DNA from: Halarcobacter sp.
GTDB taxonomy: Bacteria; Campylobacterota; Campylobacteria; Campylobacterales; Arcobacteraceae
NCBI GenBank assembly: GCA_963676565.1
Contig: OY781089.1
Coordinates: forward strand, 2,784,001 to 2,848,000
Direction: 5' to 3'
Length of the DNA stretch: 64,000 bases
Part shown: piece by piece, positions 52,555 to 62,811 of the stretch
Layout of the letters: each line of letters opens with the position of its first letter
Numbering within the stretch: position 1 is the first letter of the stretch
The notes under the pieces: model-generated
Told to the model about the DNA's origin: nothing
Databases searched by the model: none
What the model saw: only the letters and a program-made list of their open reading frames with translations
Program-made: the position numbers and the translations under genes

Positions 52555-53640
52555 TTATAAAACCTTATTATATACTTTAATAGTTTTTTCTAGCATATTC
52601 TTCAATGAAAAGTTTTCGGAAATATATTTATATCCATCAAACTTTAAATCTTGAGCTTTTAATATATTTTCACACAATTTTTTTTCATCTCCAACTTCAA
52701 AGAAAAACCCATTTTCATTTTTAATTATAATATCTTTTACTCCACCATGATTTGTGGCAATTACTGGAGTATTTAAAGCTATTGATTCTGCAACTGCTCG
52801 TCCAAAACTCTCTGGCTTTTTTGAAGAACTAACAACAACATTAGTTAAATCATATATTTCAGCTATCTTACTTTGACTTCCAGTAAAAATAATATTTTCT
52901 TTCAAATCTAGTTCTTCTATAAGTTTTTTCAATGAATTTAGATATTCTTCTTTATCACTTCTTACTCCACCAACTATAAGACCAACAATATTTGATTTAT
53001 CGCTTTTTACTAAACTTATAGCTTTAATAAAAGTTTCATAATCTTTAAGCTGCGTTATTCTTCCAACACTTGTAACTACAAATTTATCTTTTAAATTGTA
53101 CTCTTTTTCAAAATTTCCTATAAAATCTTTATCTATATTTTGCGGATTAAAAACTTCTAAATCAATTCCCCTTGGAATAACTGTAATTTTATTTTTATTA
53201 GTGTTGTAATTTTTTTGAATATATTCTTTTATACTATTACTTACGCATATTACAGCATCCGCTTTTTGCATAATAGAACTATAAAATCCAACACTATTAA
53301 AACCATGAACTGTACTTACAGTTTTAAATCCAAGTGATTTATTAGCTAAAAAAACAAGCCAAGCAGGAACTCTACTTCGCACATGAATAATATCAGGTTT
53401 TAACTCTTTTAAAATCTTTTTTAATTTACTTACACGAGAAAATATTGTAAAAATGTTTTTAGAACACACATCAAATTTTATATGAGTTCCACCATCTTGC
53501 TCTATCTTATTTTCAAGTTTACCACCAGCACTAATAACAAAAGAGTCTAAACCTTCTTTTACATATTCACGATTAAGTTCAACAACACCTCGTTCAACTC
53601 CACCTTCATTTAGTTCTGGAAGTAACTGCACAATTTTCAT
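52555..53640 (-). CDS. GT4 glycosyltransferase (WavL/GtrOC2-like)
   Basis: QLLPELNEGGVERG, HVRSRVPAW, STVHG and PESFGR. Confidence 0.9.
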   Translation of the reverse strand: MKIVQLLPELNEGGVERGVVELNREYVKEGLDSFVISAGGKLENKIEQDGGTHIKFDVCSKNIFTIFSRVSKLKKILKELKPDIIHVRSRVPAWLVFLANKSLGFKTVSTVHGFNSVGFYSSIMQKADAVICVSNSIKEYIQKNYNTNKNKITVIPRGIDLEVFNPQNIDKDFIGNFEKEYNLKDKFVVTSVGRITQLKDYETFIKAISLVKSDKSNIVGLIVGGVRSDKEEYLNSLKKLIEELDLKENIIFTGSQSKIAEIYDLTNVVVSSSKKPESFGRAVAESIALNTPVIATNHGGVKDIIIKNENGFFFEVGDEKKLCENILKAQDLKFDGYKYISENFSLKNMLEKTIKVYNKVL

Positions 53641-53664
53641 AAAATAAATGACCTTTCTTTACAA

Positions 53665-54714
53665 TTACCTATAAAATTTTCTATACCAAAGAACAAACTG
53701 CTCAATGCCATCAGCAAGTTTTGTATCTGGCTTATAATCAAAATCTTTAATTAAATCATTTGTATCTGCATATGTTGATACTACATCTCCTGCTTGCATA
53801 GGGAGAAAATTCTTTTTAGCTTCTATTTCAAGTTTATCTTCTAATGTCTCTATAAACTCCATTAAACTTACTGGTGCATTATTCCCTATATTATATACTC
53901 TATACGGTGCACTTGAAATATCTGGACTTGGATTCTCAGCATTAAAATCTTTTGAAGATGAAGCTGGATTATCTATTACTTTTATAATACCATCTACTAT
54001 ATCTTCTACATAAGTAAAGTCTCTACTCATATTTCCATGATTAAATACTTTTATTGCTCTATCATTTAATATTGCATCTGCAAAAAGCATTGGTGCCATA
54101 TCTGGTCTACCCCATGGTCCATATACTGTAAAAAATCTTAATCCTGTACATTGAATTCCATAAAGGTGTGCATATGTATGTGCCATCATTTCATTTGATT
54201 TTTTAGTTGCTGCATATAATGAAACTGGATGATCTGTATGATCACTTGTTTTAAATGGTTGAGATTTATTTAATCCATATACAGAAGATGAACTAGCATA
54301 AGATAGATTTTTTACATCATTATGTCTACAAGCTTCAAGAATATTCATAAATCCTTTTATATTTGAATCAATATAAGCATGGGGATTTTCTATTGAGTAT
54401 CTAACCCCTGCTTGTGCTGCAAGGTTACAAACTGCATCAAACTTTTCTTTTTCAAACAATGCATTTATATCATTTGTATTAGCCAAATCCATTTTTATAA
54501 ATTTATGTTTTGGATATTTTGTACTACTTACAAGTTTATTAGAAGATATTTCTTCTTTTTTTATTCCAAGTTCTTCTAATCTTGCATATTTTAAATTTAC
54601 ATCATAATAGTCATTTATATTATCAAGTCCTATTACTTCATCACCTCTTTCTAAAAGTTTTAGAGCCAAGTGATACCCAATAAATCCTGCTGTTCCGGTT
54701 ACTAGTATTTTCAA
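53665..54714 (-). CDS. UDP-uronate 4-epimerase-like NAD-dependent epimerase (copy 2)
   Basis: [23 protein letters not shown] and GPWGRPDMA. Confidence 0.9.
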   Translation of the reverse strand: MKILVTGTAGFIGYHLALKLLERGDEVIGLDNINDYYDVNLKYARLEELGIKKEEISSNKLVSSTKYPKHKFIKMDLANTNDINALFEKEKFDAVCNLAAQAGVRYSIENPHAYIDSNIKGFMNILEACRHNDVKNLSYASSSSVYGLNKSQPFKTSDHTDHPVSLYAATKKSNEMMAHTYAHLYGIQCTGLRFFTVYGPWGRPDMAPMLFADAILNDRAIKVFNHGNMSRDFTYVEDIVDGIIKVIDNPASSSKDFNAENPSPDISSAPYRVYNIGNNAPVSLMEFIETLEDKLEIEAKKNFLPMQAGDVVSTYADTNDLIKDFDYKPDTKLADGIEQFVLWYRKFYR

Positions 54715-54789
54715 GAAAACATATCCTTATTTTTTATAATTTCTAATATTAAATATTTAAAAACTTAATATATATCTAAAACTATGTAT

Positions 54790-54818
54790 ATTATATCTAA
54801 AACATTTTTAGATATAAT
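54790..54818. promoter_or_regulatory. Palindromic pair of back-to-back -10 elements between the divergent epimerase and MBOAT genes
   Basis: ATTATATCTAAAA-cat-TTTTAGATATAAT, a perfect 13-bp inverted repeat; each arm ends in an outward TATAAT. Confidence 0.6.
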
Positions 54819-54857
54819 GTTTTTCCAAAATCGCCAATTTAAAGCTTAAGGATTTTA

Positions 54858-56327
54858 TTGCTATTCAATAGTTATGAATTTATATTTATATTTTTACCAA
54901 TAACTTTTTTTATATATTTTTATTTAAATAGTAAAAGACTAACAGAAGTAGCTAAAGGATTTTTAGTATTTTCTTCATTATTTTTTTACTCTTATTGGGA
55001 AATTAAATATTTACCAATTATATTAGCATCTATGCTTTTTAACTATCTAATAGGAACAACTCTTTCTAAATATGATAGTAAAAAAAGCAAAAAAACATTT
55101 TCTAAAAAATATATTTTAATATTTGGTATTATTTGTAATGTATCATTATTAGGATATTTTAAATATGCAGATTTCTTTATTGAAAATTTTAATTTATTTA
55201 CTGGATCTGATATAGAATTATTACATTTATTACTCCCTTTAGCAATTTCATTCTTTACTTTCCAACAAATAGCTTATTTAGTTGATAGTTATAGAAATGA
55301 GACTAAAGAGTATGATTTTCTAAATTATGCTTTATTTGTAACTTTCTTTCCTCAACTAATTGCAGGTCCAATTGTACATCATAAAGAAATGATGCCTCAA
55401 TTTGCAAATATTAAAAATAAAGTAAAGAACTATAGAAATATTGCATTAGGTATTTTTATATTTTCAATGGGTTTATTTAAAAAAGTAGTTATCGCAGATA
55501 CCTTTGCAGTGTGGGCAAATGCTGGATTTGATATAGCAACAACTCTAAACTTCTTTGAAGCATGGGCAACCTCTTTATCATATACATTTCAACTATACTT
55601 TGATTTTTCAGGTTATACAGATATGGCTATAGGTATTGCTCTTTTATTTAATATAAAATTACCAATAAACTTTAACTCTCCATATAAAGCTTTGGATATT
55701 CAAGATTTTTGGAGAAGATGGCATATTACATTATCTAGGTTTTTAAGAGATTATATTTATATTCCATTAGGTGGGAATAGAAAGGGAGCAACAAGAACAT
55801 ATGTTAACTTATTAGCAACATTTGTGATAGGTGGTTTTTGGCATGGTGCGGGATGGACATTTATCTTCTGGGGGTTTTTACATGGTATTGCTTTAGCGAT
55901 TCATAGATTATGGCAAAATATAGGATTCAAACTTCCTAAAGTATTAGCGTGGTTTATTACATTTAACTTTGTAAATATAGCATGGGTGTTTTTTAGAGCT
56001 AAAGAGTGGGATGATGCTATTAAGGTTTTAAGTTCTATGTTTAGTTTAGACAATATTATTTTGCCTGAAAAATGGGAACGAAAATTTAATTTTTTAAATG
56101 AATGGGGTGTAGAATTTACTAAAGTATATGAAAATATCTCGGGAAAAGATAATACTACATGGTTTATACTCGTATCTTTATTAATCGTATTATTAATGAA
56201 AAATTCAAATCAGTATAAAATTGTTTTTAAAGCACAATTTCATTTATGGCTATTTTCAATAATAGCTTTAATGTATTCAATTTTTTCATTTTCCAAAACA
56301 TCAGATTTTTTATATTTTAATTTTTAG
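54858..56327 (+). CDS. MBOAT O-acyltransferase (AlgI/DltB family)
   Basis: LPLAISFFTFQ, FFPQLIAGPI, DFSGYTDMA, FWRRWHITLS and GFWHGA. Confidence 0.93.
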   Translation: MLFNSYEFIFIFLPITFFIYFYLNSKRLTEVAKGFLVFSSLFFYSYWEIKYLPIILASMLFNYLIGTTLSKYDSKKSKKTFSKKYILIFGIICNVSLLGYFKYADFFIENFNLFTGSDIELLHLLLPLAISFFTFQQIAYLVDSYRNETKEYDFLNYALFVTFFPQLIAGPIVHHKEMMPQFANIKNKVKNYRNIALGIFIFSMGLFKKVVIADTFAVWANAGFDIATTLNFFEAWATSLSYTFQLYFDFSGYTDMAIGIALLFNIKLPINFNSPYKALDIQDFWRRWHITLSRFLRDYIYIPLGGNRKGATRTYVNLLATFVIGGFWHGAGWTFIFWGFLHGIALAIHRLWQNIGFKLPKVLAWFITFNFVNIAWVFFRAKEWDDAIKVLSSMFSLDNIILPEKWERKFNFLNEWGVEFTKVYENISGKDNTTWFILVSLLIVLLMKNSNQYKIVFKAQFHLWLFSIIALMYSIFSFSKTSDFLYFNF

Positions 56328-56334
56328 GATATTT

Positions 56335-57186
56335 ATGAAATACAAATATTTTGCTTATTCAATAATTTTATTACCCCTTTCAATTTTTTTTATAATAGAA
56401 ACATATATTTATACTACTAGCGAAAAACTTGTATTTACAAATGCATTAATTGAATCAAGAAAATCAAATATTCAATGTTTAGTAATAGGAGATTCACATA
56501 TACAAAATGGATTTAGAAATAATTTAACAGGTTGTTATAACCTTTCTATTGGTGGATCATCATTACCGATGATAATAGATGCAGTAGAATCAGTTATTGA
56601 AAACAATCCATTAAAAGTTGTAATATTACCTTTAGAACCACATGATTTTTCAATATATAGACAACAAAACTATTCACCAATATTTAAAGATATTTCTAAA
56701 AACTTTAATCCTATATATAAACCTTTATTTAATACAATTCCTGTTAGAGAAGAAGTATTAAATTATATTGAAAGTAAAAAAGAAAATGATTTATGGGTTA
56801 ATTGGTCAAAAGACGAAAGACTAAAAAGAGTTGATAAAAGAATAAATATACATGCTAATTTAGAAAAATTTGAAAAATCTAATTATGCAAATGATTACAA
56901 AAAGTTAATTAAAACTCTAATTGAGAAAAAAATAAAAGTTTATTTAGTAAGAACACCTGTAACAAATTTGTATGATAAAAAAATGTTTGAAAAATTAAAT
57001 CCAATAAAATGGAATAATTTTGTAAAAGAGTTTACAAGTTTAGGTGCAGTTTTTATTGATTTTAGAAAAATAAATTTTGATAATAAAGATGATACAGTAT
57101 TTGTAGATGAAGATCATTTAAATGAAAAAGGTTCGAAAGCATATGTTAAATTAATTGAAAAAGCACTAGAAATCAATACTAAATAG
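56335..57186 (+). CDS. Membrane-anchored SGNH-like protein (AlgJ/DltD-like MBOAT partner)
   Basis: N-terminal TM helix, IGDSH and DEDHLN. Confidence 0.7.
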   Translation: MKYKYFAYSIILLPLSIFFIIETYIYTTSEKLVFTNALIESRKSNIQCLVIGDSHIQNGFRNNLTGCYNLSIGGSSLPMIIDAVESVIENNPLKVVILPLEPHDFSIYRQQNYSPIFKDISKNFNPIYKPLFNTIPVREEVLNYIESKKENDLWVNWSKDERLKRVDKRINIHANLEKFEKSNYANDYKKLIKTLIEKKIKVYLVRTPVTNLYDKKMFEKLNPIKWNNFVKEFTSLGAVFIDFRKINFDNKDDTVFVDEDHLNEKGSKAYVKLIEKALEINTK

Positions 57187-58041
57187 TATCTTTTCAAAAT
57201 CTATTTTTTCATTTGTTTCTTCAACTATTTTTGCTAACTTATGAAATTTTGTATTTTCTTTTTTTGAATCTAAATCAATGATATTGATATTTGCTTTACT
57301 ATTTGCTTTTGCTTCACTTAGCATTGATGTAGAATCTATTGTAATATAAAGTTCCTCACAAAGTACTAAAAAGTCAGGTATGGGGTTTATATTTGGTTCT
57401 TTTGAAAAGATTAATTTATAATCAAAATTATAATTCTCAATCAAATCATCAATTTGTTTTGGTGTTCTTCTTGAAGTTGTAATATATTTTAAATCGTTTG
57501 GGTATCTTGCAAAGACTTCATCCAATGCACTTTTTATTTTTTCAATTTTCATTTTAAAAATATCATTATCTCCACCAATTATAATTCCAATTGCCTTTTT
57601 ATCACTTTCTTTTTTTAAAATATTTTTAGGAATTGAATAAGATAGATTCAAAGGTACTTCAATAATATTTTCCAGTTTTGGTGGATTATCATGACTTTGT
57701 GCAATTATATAATCAAAATCAGTGTATCTGTATGATTTTGGGAGCATTAAAGCAATAGATTTTATATCATATTTTTTTGAGATATACTTATTGAAATAAT
57801 AAGTTCCAGATCCAGTACTTATAACTGCATCATAAAACTCATAATTAAATTTTTTGTGGCTTAAAAATAAATTGTCTGTATAAAAAGATACTTTATCAAA
57901 AACATATGAAAAAAATTTAGCAATTTTTGAACAAAATTTTACTTCTAGAATATCATAACTAATATTTTTTATTTTACAAAAAGCAATAGATTGATTTAAA
58001 TGACCAGGCTTTCCATCACTAATTATTAGAATTCTTTTCAT
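57166..58041 (-). CDS. ELM1/GtrOC1-family putative glycosyltransferase
   Basis: SDGKPGHLNQS, IIGG, TTSRRTP and TIDSTSMLSEA. Confidence 0.85.
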   Translation of the reverse strand: MKRILIISDGKPGHLNQSIAFCKIKNISYDILEVKFCSKIAKFFSYVFDKVSFYTDNLFLSHKKFNYEFYDAVISTGSGTYYFNKYISKKYDIKSIALMLPKSYRYTDFDYIIAQSHDNPPKLENIIEVPLNLSYSIPKNILKKESDKKAIGIIIGGDNDIFKMKIEKIKSALDEVFARYPNDLKYITTSRRTPKQIDDLIENYNFDYKLIFSKEPNINPIPDFLVLCEELYITIDSTSMLSEAKANSKANINIIDLDSKKENTKFHKLAKIVEETNEKIDFEKILFSIDF

Positions 58042-58927
58042 AAATCTCTTTATAATAATTTTTAAATCTTTTGTGAGGCCAAAACCATTGTTTTGGATCG
58101 GCTTTTATTATATCAGATATTGCATTAGCATGCAATTGAGCCATTTTTTGAATATCATCTTTATCATCTTCAGTTTTTATTGGCTTTATTGGTTCATAAA
58201 TTTTGATTTTATATTTATAATTCTCTTTATTAAATATTGAAAAAGGAACTACATATGCTTGAAATTTTCTTTGTAATACTGCTGAAGTAGAAGACTGATT
58301 TGCTTTTTTCCCAAGAAATTTTATAACTGAACTATCTTTAGGACTTGCTTTTTGATCAATTATAAGTGAAACTATCTCTTTTTTTGTAAGTGCTTTGAAA
58401 AGTTGTTTTACAGCCCCTTTTCTAAAAACAATTTTAGCTCCCGAACTTTCCCTTGACTTCGTTATAAATTTATCAATTTCTTTAAAGTTTGATTCCCTAG
58501 CAACTTGCACCATTGGTGAAACAAATTTATTAAAATAGCACCCTAAAACTTCCATATTCCCATAGTGTCCAGATATCATAATAATAGGATGCCCTTCTTC
58601 TTGAAGTTTTTTGATTATCTCTATACCTTCAACTTCTACATCATTTTTAAGTTCTTCATCAGTAATTGTTAAATTTTCTATTTGAGATAAGACCCATAAA
58701 GTCATGTTAAAATAAGAGTACTTTTGAATCTCTTTTATCTCTTCATTTGAAAGTTTATTATCAAAAACTAAATCTAAATTAGCTTTGATAATTTTGTTAG
58801 TTCCTCTTGCAAAAAAGTATACAACTCTAGATAAAAAAAAGAAGAATCCTCTTCTTGATTTTTTAGGAAGAATTTGCATAAGTTTAACAAAAAGTAAAAA
58901 GAGTCTATAAAGAATCTTCTCTAGCAT
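58019..58927 (-). CDS. lpxL: Lipid A late acyltransferase (LpxL/HtrB family)
   Basis: HYGNME (Hx4E), IDQ and PKQWFWPHKRFK. Confidence 0.9.
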   Translation of the reverse strand: MLEKILYRLFLLFVKLMQILPKKSRRGFFFFLSRVVYFFARGTNKIIKANLDLVFDNKLSNEEIKEIQKYSYFNMTLWVLSQIENLTITDEELKNDVEVEGIEIIKKLQEEGHPIIMISGHYGNMEVLGCYFNKFVSPMVQVARESNFKEIDKFITKSRESSGAKIVFRKGAVKQLFKALTKKEIVSLIIDQKASPKDSSVIKFLGKKANQSSTSAVLQRKFQAYVVPFSIFNKENYKYKIKIYEPIKPIKTEDDKDDIQKMAQLHANAISDIIKADPKQWFWPHKRFKNYYKEIYEKNSNN

Positions 58928-60392
58928 GAAAGTTTAACCTTAAGTTCTTTTGGAGTTTCAAGTTTTGCTATATCATTTTCAACTAAGAAAATTGGTTTTT
59001 CAAAACATATTTTTAGTTTATTATCTTTTAGCTTATAATTTAACTTTGGCATTGACATATCTTGATTAAGTGTGAGATTTAAACTTATCATGAAAGAAAG
59101 CCATTGCATATTTTCAAGAGAAGGAAGAAGGGTTTCAAAATGTTTCAAATCCCTTTTTGTTGGAAGTGATTTCTTTGAAAACTTAATTGTATGTGCAATT
59201 GTAACCCTACTTGAATGTAGAAACCCATAGTTTAAACCACTTAATATAAAATCAAAAGTGTTATCATTTGACTTATAAAAGTTAAGTGTTGTACCTAGTG
59301 AATTTAACTTTGAAGCAATTACTAAAAGAAGTCTATATCTATCATCTAAACCATGAACTGGCTTTAATACATCAAAAATATCCCTTGCATTTTTGCCTAA
59401 AAAAGCACTTTGTTTCTCATCAATTTGAAATCTATCAAGCAAACTTTTTACACTTACGTTAAAATTTGCTGGAAATTTATAATTTGAATTTCTTAATAAA
59501 TCAGTTAAATATACACCTTCTCTAACACCCGCTCCAGAAGTAACTACTCTTTTTATATTTAACTCATCTAAAATAGTTTTAAATATAAAAGTACCCTCTT
59601 TTATAGTATCAAATCTATCTTTTTTTATACCTATATATTTTAAAGTATTACTATTTTTAGCATTTACAATTTGCTCAAAAATATGTTTATTTAAATCAAC
59701 ACAATAAGTAAAACCATGTAGAATATCAAGTGGATAATGGGTTTTTGAGATAATAACCTTACTTAAGGCCCTAATACTTCCACCAATACCAACAACAGTT
59801 GAAGGGATTTTATGACCACACTCAAGTACCTCTTTTAATTTTCCTAAAAGATAATCTTTTGCACCTTCTATATTACCTTTAGAGAAAAAAAGTTCATTAA
59901 GTCTAACTGTTCCTACATCTAAGGAGATACACTTTTCTATTTGCCCATCTCTTACAATAGCAAACTCGGTTGAACCACCACCAATATCAACAGTAATAAA
60001 CTCATCATCATAAATTAAGTTCATAGCGGCAACACCACCATAATAAGCTTCTTTAACACCATTTATGATTTTAATATTTAAACCCAACTCATTTCTAACC
60101 TTTTTTAAAAAAAGATTTGAATTAGGCGCATCCCTTAATGCTGAAGTTGCAACACAGATAATTTTTCTAGATTTTAAAGATTTTGAAATACTTAAAAAAG
60201 ACTCCAAAGAGTTAAATGCTCTTTGCATTGGAAGTTCTTGAAGATTACCACCATTTTCGTAACAACCTTCAGATATTTTAACTCTTGCTTTTGTTTCATT
60301 TATAAGATTAAAAGCAAAACGACTACTTTTTTCAAGTACAACCATACGCATTGAGTTAGACCCAATGTCAATTATAGTTGTTACCTTAGCCA

Positions 60393-60393
<1 letters not shown>
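58921..60393 (-). CDS. Ppx/GppA family phosphatase
   Basis: IDIGSNS, ATSALRDA, DIGGGSTE and GVREG. Confidence 0.93.
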
Positions 60394-60680
<287 letters not shown>

Positions 60681-61424
60681 TTATAGCCTATTATTCTTAA
60701 TAATTCCTTTAATTTGTAATAAATTTTGCTCATTTTTAGAAACAATTAAGAAATCACTATCTTCGTAGGTAAAAAGGTCACAATTTATATGGTTTGCTGC
60801 AGCTATATCAAACTGTCTTAATTTACCTGCAAATATAACAAAACTAAAATTTCTTGCATTTGCTAAAGATAATGCAGCAGCACCTGGACTTCTAAATTTT
60901 AGTCTACTTTCATATAAATTTTTACAGATATTAGGATAAGCATAAGCCCGTTCAAATATTCCAAATGAAGGTTTAGAGACTTTTTGAAAAAAAATTTCAT
61001 CTTCATTTATTATTGAAATCTCTTTTATACCCCTATCAACTCGAAAAATCATACTTGCATTAACTAAATTAGTTACATACCCTGCTTTACTTTCATCATT
61101 TATAAATAAAGCAACAGAAGATCCATAGTAAGGTAGTGAGCTTTGAAAGTTGTGACTTCCATCAATTGGATCTATTACAATTTTTACATTTGAGTTTGAA
61201 GATAGGTGTCCTATCTCTTCAGAAAAGATATCACCAAATTTTTGAAGATGTTTAATAAATATTTTTTCAGCTTTTAAATCTATATTTAAGGAGTTATCTC
61301 CTCCATATCCTATTGTATTTGAAGGTTCTAAGTCTAAAGGAGTCATATGAGTATTAATATACTCATAAAGCTCCTTATTAGCTTTTATAACTGCATTTGT
61401 AAATGCGTTATAATCAAAGTTCAT
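60681..61424 (-). CDS. Inositol monophosphatase / FBPase-like family protein
   Basis: SEE, IDPIDGSHNF, RSPGAAAL and FDIAAA. Confidence 0.85.
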   Translation of the reverse strand: MNFDYNAFTNAVIKANKELYEYINTHMTPLDLEPSNTIGYGGDNSLNIDLKAEKIFIKHLQKFGDIFSEEIGHLSSNSNVKIVIDPIDGSHNFQSSLPYYGSSVALFINDESKAGYVTNLVNASMIFRVDRGIKEISIINEDEIFFQKVSKPSFGIFERAYAYPNICKNLYESRLKFRSPGAAALSLANARNFSFVIFAGKLRQFDIAAANHINCDLFTYEDSDFLIVSKNEQNLLQIKGIIKNNRL

Positions 61425-61433
61425 ATTATTGAA

Positions 61434-62810
61434 TTAAGATAGTGTCTCAACTATCTTTTTAGCAGCTTCTCTACCATCAAGGGCAGCAGTAACTGCAAGG
61501 TGTGCACCTCTTTGACAATCTCCACCTGCATAAACTTTTTTATTTGAAGTTTGATAATCTTTTGTTTCAACTCCACCCCAAGAGTTTAATTCTACATTTA
61601 ACTCTTTTAAGAATGCAGGAGCTTCAGGAGAGAACCCTAAAGCGAAGATTACTACATCTACATCTTCAGTATATTCACTACCTTCAATTATTTCAACTCT
61701 TTGTCTTCCAGATTCATCTGGTTCTGAAAGTCCTGTTTGTAATAATTCAATTGAAACTGCTTTATCACCATCTTTGATGATTTTATTAGGACTTACATTA
61801 AATACAAATTCAACACCCTCTTCTTTAGCATTTACAACTTCTTTTTTACTTCCTGGCATATTAGCTTCATCTCTTCTATAAAGACATTTAACACTTGCAG
61901 CACCTTCTCTAACTGATGATCTAACACAGTCCATAGCAGTATCTCCACCACCTATTACAACTACATTTTTATCTTTAACATCAATAAAATCTTCACCAAC
62001 TTTGTTGTTAAGATTTCTTTTTTGAATACCAGTTAAAAAGTCCATTGCTAAATGAACATTTGATGCATCTTCACCATCTATTCTAGCAAATCTACCTGCT
62101 TTTGCTCCAATTCCAAGATAAATAGCATCAAACTCTTTTTCAAGTTCAGAAACATCTTTATCTTTTCCTATTTCACAATTTAAATGCAATTTCATTCCAG
62201 CTTCAAGTAACCAATTAATTCTTCTATCAACTGTAGTTTTATCAAGTTTAAATCCAGGGATTCCATACATTAAAAGTCCACCCGCTCTATCTTCTCTTTC
62301 AAACATTTCCACATCAAACCCTCGTCTAAGAAGGAAAGTTGCTGCTGAAATTCCAGAAGGTCCAGAACCAATAACTGCTACTTTAAAACCTAATTTTTTA
62401 TCAGTAAATCTAGGTTTCATACCATGTTCAAATGCTCTTTCATTTAAGTGAGTCTCAACTGCACCAATTGATACAGCTCCATGTCCTGTATTTAATGAAC
62501 ATGCACCCTCACATAATGAATCTTGAGGACAAATTCTTCCTAAGATTTCTGGGAAAGGAGAGGTTTCATTTGATAAAGCAAATGCTAATTCCATATTTTT
62601 TTCAGATGTTTGTTTTAACCATGCTGGAATAAAATTACTTAATGGACAACCAGTATGACAATATGGATCACCACATTGCATACATCTGTCAGCTTGTTCT
62701 CTAGCTCTATGTTTTTCAAATACTTGATAAACTTCATTATAGTCTTTTAATCTTTGTAAAACATCTCTTTTTTCCGGATTAATTCTTTCAAATTTAGTAA
62801 AATTTAACAT
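61434..62810 (-). CDS. gltD: Glutamate synthase small subunit
   Basis: CMQCGDPYCHTGCP, GRICP, GSGPSG and GGGDTAMDC. Confidence 0.96.
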   Translation of the reverse strand: MLNFTKFERINPEKRDVLQRLKDYNEVYQVFEKHRAREQADRCMQCGDPYCHTGCPLSNFIPAWLKQTSEKNMELAFALSNETSPFPEILGRICPQDSLCEGACSLNTGHGAVSIGAVETHLNERAFEHGMKPRFTDKKLGFKVAVIGSGPSGISAATFLLRRGFDVEMFEREDRAGGLLMYGIPGFKLDKTTVDRRINWLLEAGMKLHLNCEIGKDKDVSELEKEFDAIYLGIGAKAGRFARIDGEDASNVHLAMDFLTGIQKRNLNNKVGEDFIDVKDKNVVVIGGGDTAMDCVRSSVREGAASVKCLYRRDEANMPGSKKEVVNAKEEGVEFVFNVSPNKIIKDGDKAVSIELLQTGLSEPDESGRQRVEIIEGSEYTEDVDVVIFALGFSPEAPAFLKELNVELNSWGGVETKDYQTSNKKVYAGGDCQRGAHLAVTAALDGREAAKKIVETLS

Positions 62811-62811
62811 C

